DNA of 37,947 bases from Jimgerdemannia flammicorona. Taxonomy: Eukaryota. Of this stretch, positions 1-11,120 are shown piece by piece (position 1 is the stretch's first letter; every line of letters begins with the position of its first letter). Below the pieces are notes generated by a model, which saw only the letters and a list, made by a program, of their open reading frames with translations, had not been told where the DNA came from and did no database searches. The position numbers and the translations under genes were made by a program. Location: positions 1 through 37,947 of the forward strand of contig RBNJ01000173.1 in the NCBI GenBank assembly GCA_003990765.1, given 5' to 3'.

Positions 1-485
1 TTTTTTTTTTTTTTTTTTTTTTTTAGTTTACTAGCTGTTGTGCAGCTGTCTTACTGAAAATACAAAAAAGAAAAAGAAAAGAAAAAAAATTCCATATTTC
101 TATGAGCATGCACCACTCTTTTATAACTTTAACTTCATATGTATTTTCATGAAGAAATAAGATAATACATTAGCACGCCACCCGCGCGATCGAGATCAAG
201 CGAAACCAATCATCGAAATCAAAGTTTGTATCGAACTGCCCTTAACTCTCTTATCCTTTTGGTGGACTGTTAAAAAAATTAGACTCGGGACGATGGACAT
301 GACTATCGGAGCTTATCTGATCGACGTCGTCCTACTTGTTGAGTTGATAAGGATGCTTGTCAAAGTCACCGATGCAGAGTGGGCCATATGGCAACTAGGC
401 CCGGTATGTCACAAAACGACTAACCTTCCAAAACAGAGCATTTGAATTTAAAGGCAAAGGTAGACCCTATGTAAAAAGAAAGAAA

Positions 486-674
486 ATGGAACACTGGATG
501 GAAGACTCCAAGCCCCAAATTCGCCGAGTTAAGACCCTGGTTGAACTCGTCATGGCCAGGAATATGGCTCGGCGCCGTGCCAACCCCTACCTCCGATTCA
601 ACCATCCTGTCACCAAATGCCAGATCTGCATAAGTGAGGTTCACCAGACCAAATATTGCCCTGTTTCCCCCTAA
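486..674 (+). CDS. Small ORF (62 aa) retaining only the C-terminal CCHC zinc knuckle of the local Zn-finger family (copy A); may be a pseudogene
   Basis: Ends KCQICISEVHQTKYCPVSP, nearly identical to the C-termini of 7524-8537 and 17106-17960. Its upstream DNA (280-490) matches 9610-9890, and its downstream DNA matches 17960-19380 in blocks. Confidence 0.5.
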   Translation: MEHWMEDSKPQIRRVKTLVELVMARNMARRRANPYLRFNHPVTKCQICISEVHQTKYCPVSP

Positions 675-1917
675 ATGATCTTCTGGTCTACGGCGCTGTC
701 ACTCCTTTTTCTTCCGTCCACCATTTTCTTCCGTCCGCCTTGTCTGGATATTCTACCGATATTGTCATACCCTTTCAGTATCTCCCTACGCGACGTATTT
801 CCCCTCTTCTCCTCCCCCTCCTCTCTCTCTTTCCCCTCCTCTCCTTCCCCTCCTCTACTTCCCCTCCCCTTCTCTTATTCCCTTTCTCAACACACGGCGC
901 GTCCAACCCACACATTTTTATTTTATTTGTAAATTTTTGCTCCCTGATGGATTATTAGAGATCACTTGTAAACCGGAATTTACACATAGGCATTCAACCA
1001 ATCCTAAGCATATGCAAAACATTATACATATCTATATACATACTATCAGCCGAATAAAATTTTATGCTTGAGAGTCAAAAAAGGTATCTAAGAAAGTTCC
1101 TTCTTGGGGATATCCTCAGACTTGATTTAAATTTGGTGAGATCAATTTGCCCTTTTGCATCATCTAAAGGTATTTGATCTACACATAATAACGCGCTTGA
1201 TATGATTACCTTTGCAATAAGGAGAAGGCCTGAGAATACGATTGGATCTCGCGAACGGGCCATGCCAGTTCCCAATTGGTCGATAAGGTTCTTTGACATC
1301 CAAATTCAGACCCTAATTGAGTGGATTCGTGCAACCGTGCACGTATTTATATACATAATTTTAATTTCCCGAGCAGCCGGGAGTCAAATGGTCGCGAGGA
1401 TAAAAATAGGACACGAAAAGAACAAGGAAGCATATAACCAAATTGAGCCTCAGTGATTTCAAATTTCGATGACAGGTAGACAGTACTGCCGACCACACGA
1501 AAATGGCAGAAACCTGGTCTAGTTTAAAATCTCCGGTAAATAAGGCCAAACTCCGTTTTTTCGAAAACTACTAAATCAGTGTGACATCGGAGGATTTATA
1601 CGTCGACGTGAAACTTGCTAGCATAATCATATGATTTTTGGGACCGTTTACTTGCCGACAGCAGTCGCTATCCATTGGAGAGATTCTCCCCTGCCATTGC
1701 TTTCCCCCTCTCGTCACTTCTTTTAGTTTAACATGCGTTTCATCCTAACAGCAGAATGCCCGAAAAAAAAAGGGGGAGTAGACCATTGTGTCGTCAGAAC
1801 TTCGAATCCCAATTCTTTGGAGATGATAAATATTTACAATTAGGGCCGTTGGAAATGGACAAGCGTGTTTTGAGGAGAGGAAAAAAAAAATCGCGGAATG
1901 TCCGAAAACGAATCCGC

Positions 1918-2480
1918 AGCTCTCATGACCCTTATCTCTCGAATAAAGGGTCAAAATCAAGGCTTGGACCAACCATCTAAATTTCTATCGTGAGCCACAT
2001 GTTTTCCCAGCTTAACAGGTATCCCTATGATGCGAGTGCGAACATTAATATTTCTCATTGAACTTGCCGCTGCAACGAATTGTTTACTATTGGCTCCCCA
2101 TACAATCTCACATTAGCAGAATATATTCCTAACCCTCTGCGTGTACGATGTTGCTATCCAATTAACCATGTAAAAGAATTGTATGCCGAGCTCCGCGCTC
2201 CATAGGTTCTAGTCCCGTTCTCCAAATTTACTCTTTGCAACTCAAGCTACGTGGGATAGATCGGGTGTTGCACCAACCGAGCCTTCCGAGTTTGACAGTA
2301 CGAGCGACGGGTGCCAAAAAACGCCACGTTTTTCCCTTCCGTTGTGCATCATTAGAGATTTTGACGATCTTTCCATATTTGCAGAAGAAGGTACGTATGA
2401 CCGGCTGAGGCTTTGTTTTGCTCGATAGGCTCGTGTCACCCAAACAGATCTGCGCTTTGGTTCCAGCCTTGTGTCGGAGT
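1918..2480. repeat. Segment duplicated in inverted orientation at ~11950-12421 plus 15050-15105; possibly a relic of an unknown gene
   Basis: 1979-2010 is the reverse complement of 12379-12421, and 1920-1967 of 15050-15105. Both copies share the frame EPxxFDxTxDGCQK-PRFxLPxCIIxxFDxLxIFA (+ strand ~2265-2385; - strand ORF 11952-12191). Confidence 0.75.
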
Positions 2481-3969
2481 ATGTATTTCGGCTTGTGTGT
2501 GGCTTAAGTTGGAGCGGATCGTAATGCTCAGACAAACACTCTCTGAAATGACCTCGAACACGGCGAGAGCTGTGCCTTAGTTTCAGCCAGTATCCGTATA
2601 TAGTTTGTTTGTAGCAAATAGCCACGAGATCCATAATTTTTCCAAGGAAAGTTCTTTATTATTATGGCATCGATGCACCCTTAGCGATTTCTGTACCAGT
2701 GAGGTTCCGATCCTAAAGCTTTCGGTCCCTAATGAATTTCGACTACGTTTACTCAAATCCTTTTGAGTCACTACTCCTCATTCACGTTTGTTTAGTTTTC
2801 TTGCAGCCGATTGCGAGCTTCAATTATCGACCAAGATTGAGTGATGATGTCATTTTAGACGTCCGATCACAACAAAGGGAAGGCGATCAATAGGGCAAAG
2901 ATGAGGACTGTTTTGGGGCAGAGTTGAGGTTATCAAAATGCGCGATATTGTCGAACGTCCTGATTTGTCACTTCTTGACCTTTCTACATATTCTTTTTAA
3001 TGGCATGAGTCCCGAGCGTAATTTTGTCAATTCTAGAGGCCGTAACTTTCTGGTGTATCCGTCCCATTGATAATGCATTGTTAGATAAGTTTAAATTGAC
3101 AAGATAGAACTTTAGAGGGAAATAGAAATTGGTTTAAAGTTTCAACCATTCGCATTCCGGCAAAATGATATTGTGCATGTTCAAACAGGTTCACGGAAGA
3201 GGCTGGATATATTTAATATAAAGAGCAGAAGACACACGGCCGTCATTGTAAATATCCTGCAAAAGAAAGTAATTTCACCGGCAAAGCAAGCGTTGCGAAA
3301 AGGCGGATGAATCAAATCCCTCGTTTAGGAAACAATTTGGAATATAGTCTTTGTGACGCCGCTCTTTTTCGTCAAAGCTAATGGATTTGGTATATACATT
3401 TCCTCAGGTATATACAATATTTTAATGTTAACGCACTGCTCTCGCTTCCTGTGTGCAGCATCCGAAGATCGTTTGTTGAGGAAAAAGTTGGCAGTTGATC
3501 ATTGATGAGTTCGGTTAGCCTGTGGCTGATATTCGGTTTTGACAGCTAGACAATTCTCGATTCCTTACGGTTTAGGTCATACACATGCTTTCGCATGCGA
3601 CCCTTTTCGCGATAAGCCTATGCAGGATTTTTGGCTCACGTTATGGTCAACAAGGACCCAGAACGGAAGTTTGCCATCATTTGACATGCGCATGGGGATC
3701 CAAAAATTGGGGGACCCAGAAGCACTATATTTAGATGAGATTACGAAAATGTGACAGTGACTCAACCAAGTTCCCAAAACTCCAAAAAATTTTTGACGCC
3801 TACTTTGAGAAGGATAAGCCTTTGAAAACTCATTTTTGGCTAGTGATGTCACCCAATTTGGTGACTTCTATTGGTTGATGAGAGTGATGTCACTATATTT
3901 CCTGTGTGACTCGTTTCTGGGACTTCCGCGTAGACTGACCATAGACTTGGAGCACTATACGTCACCGCA

Positions 3970-4509
3970 TACTAGCCACAGTAACCACACTTCCATGACT
4001 TTTTCGCTTAAGGACGAGGACCATACACTGGGTAATGCGTTGTGATATATGCTAATTAAAAAGTGAGTCGATTTTTTCTTTCGTTTGTCTTCGCCGAATC
4101 GGGAGCGCGAGGAAGGGGGAAGAAATGTGAATGTATGTGCAGGGAGGTGTGCGAGAAATGGAAAGAGCGAGAACTTGTTTTTGCTTTTCGAATATAACGG
4201 TTGGAATATTGTGGGACCTGAACATCCATTCCGCATCTATCCGAAGTGAAGATGAACATTAGGGTACAAACAACTGGTACGTGTCCCTCCCTTTGTCATT
4301 GCTCTTTACTTGTCTGCGATTTGTGTGAGGGGATTCTCAATGTACGTCCATTCACTTTACAGACAGAACAAATACCATCGAAGTCATGGAAAAAGGAGGA
4401 CCTCATCGATCTGTGCACGGTTGTGGTGGACGCGTTCAAGGTTGAGGTATCGAATAGCGACTTCGAGTACGATTGTGGCCGTGGATCGTCGGGGATTACA
4501 GGGGAGTGA
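3970..4509 (+). pseudogene. RPC19: RNA polymerase I/III shared subunit AC19 (RPB11/RpoL-like) pseudogene with introns retained
   Basis: Motifs TFSLKDEDHTLGNAL(R>stop at 4043-4045)YM, SIPHLSEVKMNIRVQTT and DLIDLCTVVVDAF. Donor sites gtgagt (4063) and gtacgt (~4277). In-frame stops and a frameshift near 4392; no 5' exon recognised. Confidence 0.85.
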
Positions 4510-4725
4510 AGTGCATGAATGTAATAAACATAATTGTGTTTTCTTTCCTGGTTGTTGTGTCCCTAATAGATCATACAGCGCTTTTCTCTTAAAATTTACT
4601 TTGTCATTTTATTTTCTTTTTCCCATATTTACGAAGGGAACTTTAATTGCATTGAAGAAATGAGAGAAGTCATGGATTTATGTGTTACATTACGTGTGAC
4701 ACAAACTAGTTCAGGATACTGCATT

Positions 4726-6461
4726 TTAAAGCTTCTGCGCAGCATCAAACTCCAGAACGAGCTTGCCGAATTGCTTCCCATTCCTAGAGTTCAATGCGAG
4801 CGATTGTGTCAGGCATAAGAGCAACTTTCGATATCATTCGAAGAAATACGAAACATACTCACCTCATAACCTCATATGCGGCCTCGACGTTCTCCTTCGT
4901 CAACCCCTTCCACACGCCGCTTACAATTGGCCGGATCCTATGCTCATTCACGAACCGCACCATCTGTTCGAATTCGGCGCGCGAGCCCATGGTGCTGCCT
5001 TTGAGATCAACGTTCTTGAGCACGGCCGACATGGTGAACGTGACCTGAGGGGCCACCGTCATGCCATACACGGAGATTATGCCACCCAGGCGCATGAGCG
5101 CGGGGTACTTAGGATGCAGCGGGCCGCCGGCGCCATCGATGATGGAGTGGAGGAGGTTAGAGCCAAGAAGGCTGCGAAGGTGGTTGGGCCAGGCGTCTAC
5201 AGGGAATATTATCAGGTGAATGGATAAGTCAGTCGTGATCCACTCCGAGAATTAAGGAAAAAAATGCAAACGGACGGTATAGAACGCACCGTTTTTATAA
5301 TTGACTCCTCCTTTAGCGCCGAGTTCGACGGCACGTTTGATCTTGTTATCATCAGATGAGGTGACGTAAACGTTTGCGCCAACGGAGACCGCGAATTGAA
5401 GGGCAGTGAGGGCAACACCACCGCCTGGAGGTGATGCGGATGAGTTCAGTAGTTTACTTAATTTGTTTACTGAAATTAGAATTAGGAATAGGAAGACAAC
5501 ATCGTATCACAATGCCTTACCAATGCCAGTGATGAGGACGTAGTCGCCGCTTTGGACGTTGGCCTTTGTGAAAGTTGCTCTGTGAGGATATAAAGTATTA
5601 TCAGCATTAGAAGGCCAGATTGGTTGAGGAGATGCAAAATATCGAATCTAATGTCACACCACGATAATACGGAAGACCATACCGCCACGCAGTCAATCCG
5701 GCAAGCGGGAGAGCGGCTGCCTCGGCAATGCTGAGGTGAGCTGGGGCTGGAAAAACATCCTTGCGCGGAACGACAATATACTCGGCGAAGGTACCTTCAT
5801 GGAAGAGAGATGATCCAAGCAAAGATATTGTTCGTTGCCAATGAGCGGTCGGGCACAGTGTTCCAATACCTGACCCTCATTACATGTGTACAATATTACT
5901 CAAGATTACTTACCGGGCAGTGGCAGCAAGCCCAGAATCCTGTACTTGCCCTCGGGCCCGCGCGGGTCCTTTTCCCACCCTACACCAGGGCAGATGATGA
6001 CACGCTGGTCAGTCAGCTCGTCATCACCATCGACAACGATACCGACGCCATCAGATCCCAGGGTGGAGCCGAACTGAATGTTAATTCAGATCAATGTGAT
6101 AGAGAGAGAGAAAACTCGTGTAAAGCGCAATGGTTAATCAAAATGCTCATTTGCGTGATTCCAAGTAGAACGGGAAATTTCTAACACACTTGGATGCCGG
6201 GATAGAGGCCATTGCGAATGAATTCGTCACTATCCAGTTCGAAAAAGAGAATGGTCAGCCCTGGGCGCCCTGGCCAGGGGTCGTGCGTGATTGGAAGTCT
6301 GCAAAATAACCTCCATACCGGTGATTGTAAGCAGCAGCCTGCAGCTTGACGAGGACTTGGCCAGCCTCGATTTTTGGTATAGGAATGTTCTCAACAGAAA
6401 CGCTATGCTTGTAGGAAGTCTCCCCTGGAGGAGGATTTTGTTGGAGGATAACGGCCAGCAT
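4726..6461 (-). CDS. MDR-superfamily NAD(P)-dependent oxidoreductase (zinc-type ADH-like / quinone oxidoreductase, YogA-like); 8 exons, 346 aa
   Basis: Exons 6461-6319, 6229-6190, 6073-5914, 5794-5683, 5579-5521, 5424-5290, 5196-4863 and 4783-4726, all with GT-AG introns, total 1041 nt in frame. Motifs AAAYNHRD, GSDGVG, GTFAEY, AALPLAGLTAWRA, VLITGIGGGVA, GSTMGS, QFGKLVL. Confidence 0.93.
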
Positions 6462-7523
6462 GATTATATTGGCGGAATGGAAGTGTGACGTTAGAAAAAG
6501 AAAACAATTTTGTCCTCCACCAAGCCACACCCAGGATACAGTTCACATTTGAGGTGCATACTAAGCCACCAGAGGTAACATTTTAAAAGTGGCCGCCTCA
6601 TTATCCGAAAAACTAGTGTCAACCTGCCATCGTAGTGCAAATTATTGAGAGTTAAGCTTCCTTGCACAGATTGTTTCTTTTCCCTGAAAAAGTATGATCC
6701 TATTGTCATCCTCGCGATCACTTAGCTTCCAGCTGCTCCTTCAAAACGGAGATGCCTTCCTTTTCCGATATTAAAGATTACGTATATACGTGCATGGTCG
6801 CACGAACAATCCCTCAATCCTCGATTAGGGTCTGTAGCTTGCAGAATTTGGATGCAAAAAAAAAAAAAAAAAAAAAAAAAAGACCACGTACACCTGCCAA
6901 AAGTAACCCTGTGAAGGAAGAAAAAAATCCCTATCAACCAATTTCGAACTGCCATGGCCCGATCGCGAGATCCCCACGCTTGCCCAGTATTCAACAAAAA
7001 GTCGACCAATCACCTGGCCTTCTTGTTGCGAAGGCAATCATGTCAAGCGCGTTATAACGTGTAAATCGATGATGCAAAAGAATAAAAGGAAGCTACAACT
7101 TCAAGATTTTCATCGATCAATCTCTTCGTGTGCTATGAATTTGACTCTCAACGCATAAAACTTTTATTGGGCTCCTCTATCGCGATAGTATGTATATATA
7201 TATGTATAATATTATGTATAAGATATGCATATGCTTAGAAGTGGATGCTTATGTGTAAGTTTCGGAATTTACAGTCTAATTGCGCTATCCTAGCGCGAAA
7301 ATAAAACATAAAAAACGTGCAGGTTGGACGTCTAGGACGTTAGGCGGAATAGTTGGTGTTGAGGAGGAGAATAAGAGAAGAGAGAGAGGGGAGGAAGAGG
7401 AGGGGGAGGGGGAAGGATCAAGCTTGTCCGAAAGATTAAGAAATGCGTTGCCGAAAGGACATGACAGTATCGGCAGGAAACGACGGAAGAAAAGGAACGA
7501 CGCGCCATAGAGCAGAAACTCGT

Positions 7524-8537
7524 TCAGGGAGAAACAGGGCAATATTCAGTTTGGTGAACCTTACTTCTGCAGATCTGACATTTGATGTAATGAGGGTCGG
7601 TCGCGACGTCCGTGCCGTTGGCAAGCCACTCGTATACGAAGGTTTCGAAGGAGAGAATCTCCTGGGCATCAGTCATGTTGTATAAGTCGCCTCCTTCGCC
7701 TGTTTCGGTCTCCATGTCCAGCACGATGGCTGGCGTGCTCGCTCCTTGCTTATCGGAATCGGAAAACCATTTGCCTATGATGGACCGGATTTCTGTTGCG
7801 ACCGAATCTCCACGAATCTCGAGAGAGCGGAGCAACTGCACGCCATTATACTCCTGGACGCACAGCGCGTAACGGTTAATGTTGGCGTTGATCTGTGGCC
7901 TTTTTTGAGGGTTGGAGTCGTCGGTGCGCCGCTCGACGTCGCCAATCCAGAGAATGAATTTGAAGCTACGGATTGCCTGCATGATGTCACCTTCGTTGGT
8001 CGAGGTCAACTGGTTGCATAGAGACTCGATGACGGCACGGTACGTATCGTCTCCAAAGCAAGGCCTGCCGAGTTGGCCGCAGCGAGAACATGAGGGACCT
8101 TTGTGACATCGCTTTTTGTCATACTTGCATCCAGCGCACGCCGTTCCGGGCGGGATCCGTTTTCGTGTGCTCATGGTCACGACATGGAGGCGGCATCGCC
8201 TCTTCTTCTTTAGACAGGCTGCGCAATCCCGGTAACGAACGTCGTTGGTGCGGGCAGGAAGCGGGAAAGGATTCGGATCAGCCGGTGGCGCATCCAAAAT
8301 CGTTGACGGCTCACTTGACGTGCCTTCGATATTTGGTGGTGGGATGCCAACGTGAGACGCCAGGTGAATTAGGAGGTTGTCCATCCCTCTGAGGACCTTT
8401 TTGCATGCCGAATATGGGGGGAGGGACGGTGATATACTGTCGTGTATCTCGTTATGAGTGAGGACCTCGGAGACAGAGATTGCTTTTGGGAATTCTGGGC
8501 AAAGGCCACAGAAGCCGGAGAGATTCGAAAGTAACAT
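7524..8537 (-). CDS. Intronless Zn(II)2Cys6-type protein with an extra CX2CX6C half-motif and a C-terminal CCHC knuckle (copy B, 337 aa)
   Basis: CAGCKYDKKRCHKGPSCSRCGQLGRPC fits C-x2-C-x6-C-x5-C-x2-C-x6-C. CAACLKKKRRC lies upstream. C-terminal CQICRSKVHQTEYC fits C-x2-C-x4-H-x4-C. The frame is conserved in copy D. Confidence 0.85.
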   Translation of the reverse strand: MLLSNLSGFCGLCPEFPKAISVSEVLTHNEIHDSISPSLPPYSACKKVLRGMDNLLIHLASHVGIPPPNIEGTSSEPSTILDAPPADPNPFPLPARTNDVRYRDCAACLKKKRRCRLHVVTMSTRKRIPPGTACAGCKYDKKRCHKGPSCSRCGQLGRPCFGDDTYRAVIESLCNQLTSTNEGDIMQAIRSFKFILWIGDVERRTDDSNPQKRPQINANINRYALCVQEYNGVQLLRSLEIRGDSVATEIRSIIGKWFSDSDKQGASTPAIVLDMETETGEGGDLYNMTDAQEILSFETFVYEWLANGTDVATDPHYIKCQICRSKVHQTEYCPVSP

Positions 8538-8594
8538 GTTGGAAGAGGTTGGGGTAAGGGGGAAATGTTTTGTCGATGAAATCGATGCCTCCTG

Positions 8595-8601
8595 TTATAT
8601 A
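8595..8601 (-). promoter_or_regulatory. Candidate TATA box of copy B
   Basis: TATATAA about 58 bp upstream of the ATG at 8537. The context GTGATCAGACA(A)TACTATATAACAGGAGGC is conserved at 17009-17038 upstream of copy D. Confidence 0.5.
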
Positions 8602-8646
8602 GTATTGTCTGATCACGTATTAAAAAAATTTGTGACAACTGCCAGA

Positions 8647-9034
8647 AAGCGAAAGAGCAGTTGCCCAAAGTGAAAGAGCAGTTGCCCAAAGTGAAAGAGC
8701 AGTTGCCCAAAGTGATAGAGCAGTTGCCCAAAAAAAAAAAAAAGAACAGTTACCCAGCGAAAGAGCAGTTGCTCAATGCAATAGAGTAGTTGCTCAAAGC
8801 AAAAGAGTAGTTGCCCAAAGCGAAAGAGCAGGTGCCCAAAGTGAAAGAGCAGGTGCCCAAAGCGAAAGAGCAGGTACCCAAAGCGAAAGAGCAGGTGCCC
8901 AAAGCGAAAGAGCAGTTGCCCAAAGCGAAAGAGCAGTATCCCAAAGCGAAAGAGCTGATGCCCAAAGTGAAAGAGCAGTTACCCAAAGCGAAAGAGCTGA
9001 TGCCCAAAGTGAAAGAGCAGTTACCCAAAGCGAA
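8647..9034. repeat. 21-bp minisatellite (consensus AAAGCGAAAGAGCAGTTGCCC), about 18 units, interrupted by a poly-A run
   Basis: Directly visible tandem array with no spacers. It generates the spurious heptad-repeat ORFs in the ORF track. Confidence 0.95.
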
Positions 9035-9880
9035 TATCCCGATTTCCCCATTGGTGAATGATCACGTTACTGCATGCTTTAATTTAGTCTATAGTGCGGA
9101 ACCGATAACTCAAGTTTATGTATACTGCGGAACCGATATATAATTAATTACTTGAACCATAAATTGTGGGTAGTAGTCGCAGTTAAAGATGCTTTCAATG
9201 GTAGAATGCCCAATTTAGAGAAAAACTGATCACGGCCATTTGTGTCGCTCTCTACTCTTACCACCAATTCCATGTCCCTTGTTACACTTTCCGATCACCC
9301 ATGCAATCACTACCACGACAACCCAGAAAACCTGTTGGCCATTCTGTACTGTCCTAGTTCTGGATGGTAACTTTATGAATGAAAACTATGTCATCCTCCA
9401 CAGCAAGTTTTTTTCCCCTCCCTCCTTTCAACATTTATATGATATTGCAAATAATAATAATAATAATAATATAGTAAATTATCTTTTTTTTTTTATCTTA
9501 AATTCGATAGGAAGTCCATGTTAGTGGACCCTAAGACCATCAAATTTGGATGACACGTCATTCCATGATTTGCTCTCAACTTCACCAAAGCTCCACTATT
9601 AAAAACTTCAGACTCCGGACCGACGTAACTATTGGAGCTTATCTAGTCACTAACCCGACGTCGTCCTACATCAACCCAGCCGCGTCAGAATACTTGCTGG
9701 GAAGCCCTTGGTAAGAAAGGATGCCTGTCTTGACCAGCAAAAGCCGCCAATGCAGAGTGAGCCATGACCCGGGCTGCTAACCTCCTAAACGACAAGAGAC
9801 CTACTTTGAGGTTGACTCAAGCAAAGGTAGATCCTATGTTTCGGTATCTAATTTTTGGTTGAAAAAAAAAAAAAAAAAAA

Positions 9881-11120
9881 ATGGAATACACCAAGACCAA
9901 GACTCAGACCCAGGGAAAGATTCAGGCTCAGACCTTTGTGATCAGCCAGCATGGTGCCGTCTACTACACCGTTGCCAATACCGACCCTCATCACATCAAC
10001 GACATGTTACTTACGAACCTTTCTGGTTTCTGTTGCCCTTGACCAGAATGTCCAAATGCAACCTCCATCTCCGAGGGAATGGATGCTGTCCTCGCTCATA
10101 TCAACGAGATTCACGGCAGCATATCACCGTTCCCCCGCTGTCCCTATTCAGGACTTCAGAGAGACGGACAACCTTTTAATTCGCCTGGCATCTCACGTTA
10201 GCATCACACCATCACCAAATATTGGCGAAACTCATGAAAGCATGTCAACGATTTCGGATGCACCGCCGACCGGATCCTTTCCCGCTTCCTACCCGTACCA
10301 GTGACGTTCGTTACCGGAATTGTGCAGCCTATCTAAAGAAGAAGAGGCGATGCCGCCTCCATGTCGTGGCCATGAGCACACGAAAACGAATCCCGCCCAG
10401 ACTGGCGTCCGCTAGATGCAAGTACGACAAAAAGCAATGTCACAAAGGCCCCTCATGTTCTTTTACCGCGGCCAACTCGGCAGGCCTTGGTTTGGAGACG
10501 ATACGTACCGCGCCATCATCAAGTCTCGAATGCAACGGTTGACCTTGACCAATCATGCAGGCAATCCGCGACCTCAAGTTCATCCTCGGGATCGGCGACG
10601 TCGAGCGGCGTACTGGCGACTCCAACCCTCGAAGGAGGTCACAGATCAATGCCAACATTAACCTCTACGCGCTATGCGTCCAGGAGTGTAATGGCGTGCC
10701 GTTGCTTCGCTCCCTCGAGGTTCATGGAGATCCGGTTGCAACAGAGATCCAATCCGTCATAGGTGAATTGTTTTCGATTCCGATAAGCAAGGAGCGAGCA
10801 CGCCAACCATTGCGCTCGACAGGAAGGCCGAAACAGGCGACACACCATAACTGATACCCGGGAGATTATCTTCTTTGAAGTTCATGGAGATCCAATTACA
10901 ACAGAGACCCAAACCTTCGTATACGAGTGGCTTGCCGACGGATAGAGGACACCGTCGTACTAGATACGGAGGTGGATATAGGCGACGTCGATTTCCAGTG
11001 CCGGAGAGGTGCAAACGAAAAAGACGATCTGGGTGAATTTGAGAACTGAATGCGATCGTTCATGCTTCGTTTTGACATATAGTGGCTTGCCAAAGGAATC
11101 GAACTGTACCATCTTACGTA
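9881..11120 (+). pseudogene. Pseudogene copy C of the Zn2Cys6 family, divergent from copy B, lacking the CCHC knuckle
   Basis: ATG 9881 is in frame with MLLTNLSGFC (10004), followed by a stop at ~10040. Homology to copy B is spread over several frames (ORFs 9951-10304, 10222-10542, 10416-10661, 10555-10854). Cys losses: CAAYLK and SARCKY. Confidence 0.88.

Noticed and set aside
4763..5227. 154-aa + strand ORF, and similar antisense ORFs over 7524-8537 and 17106-17960
   Set aside because: They are shadow frames opposite genuine coding exons.
8647..9034. CRISPR array or heptad-repeat protein (ORFs 8750-9028, 8794-9051, 8811-9143)
   Set aside because: Units are head-to-tail with no unique spacers, there are no cas genes and the context is eukaryotic. 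The ORFs arise because the 21-bp unit lacks stops.
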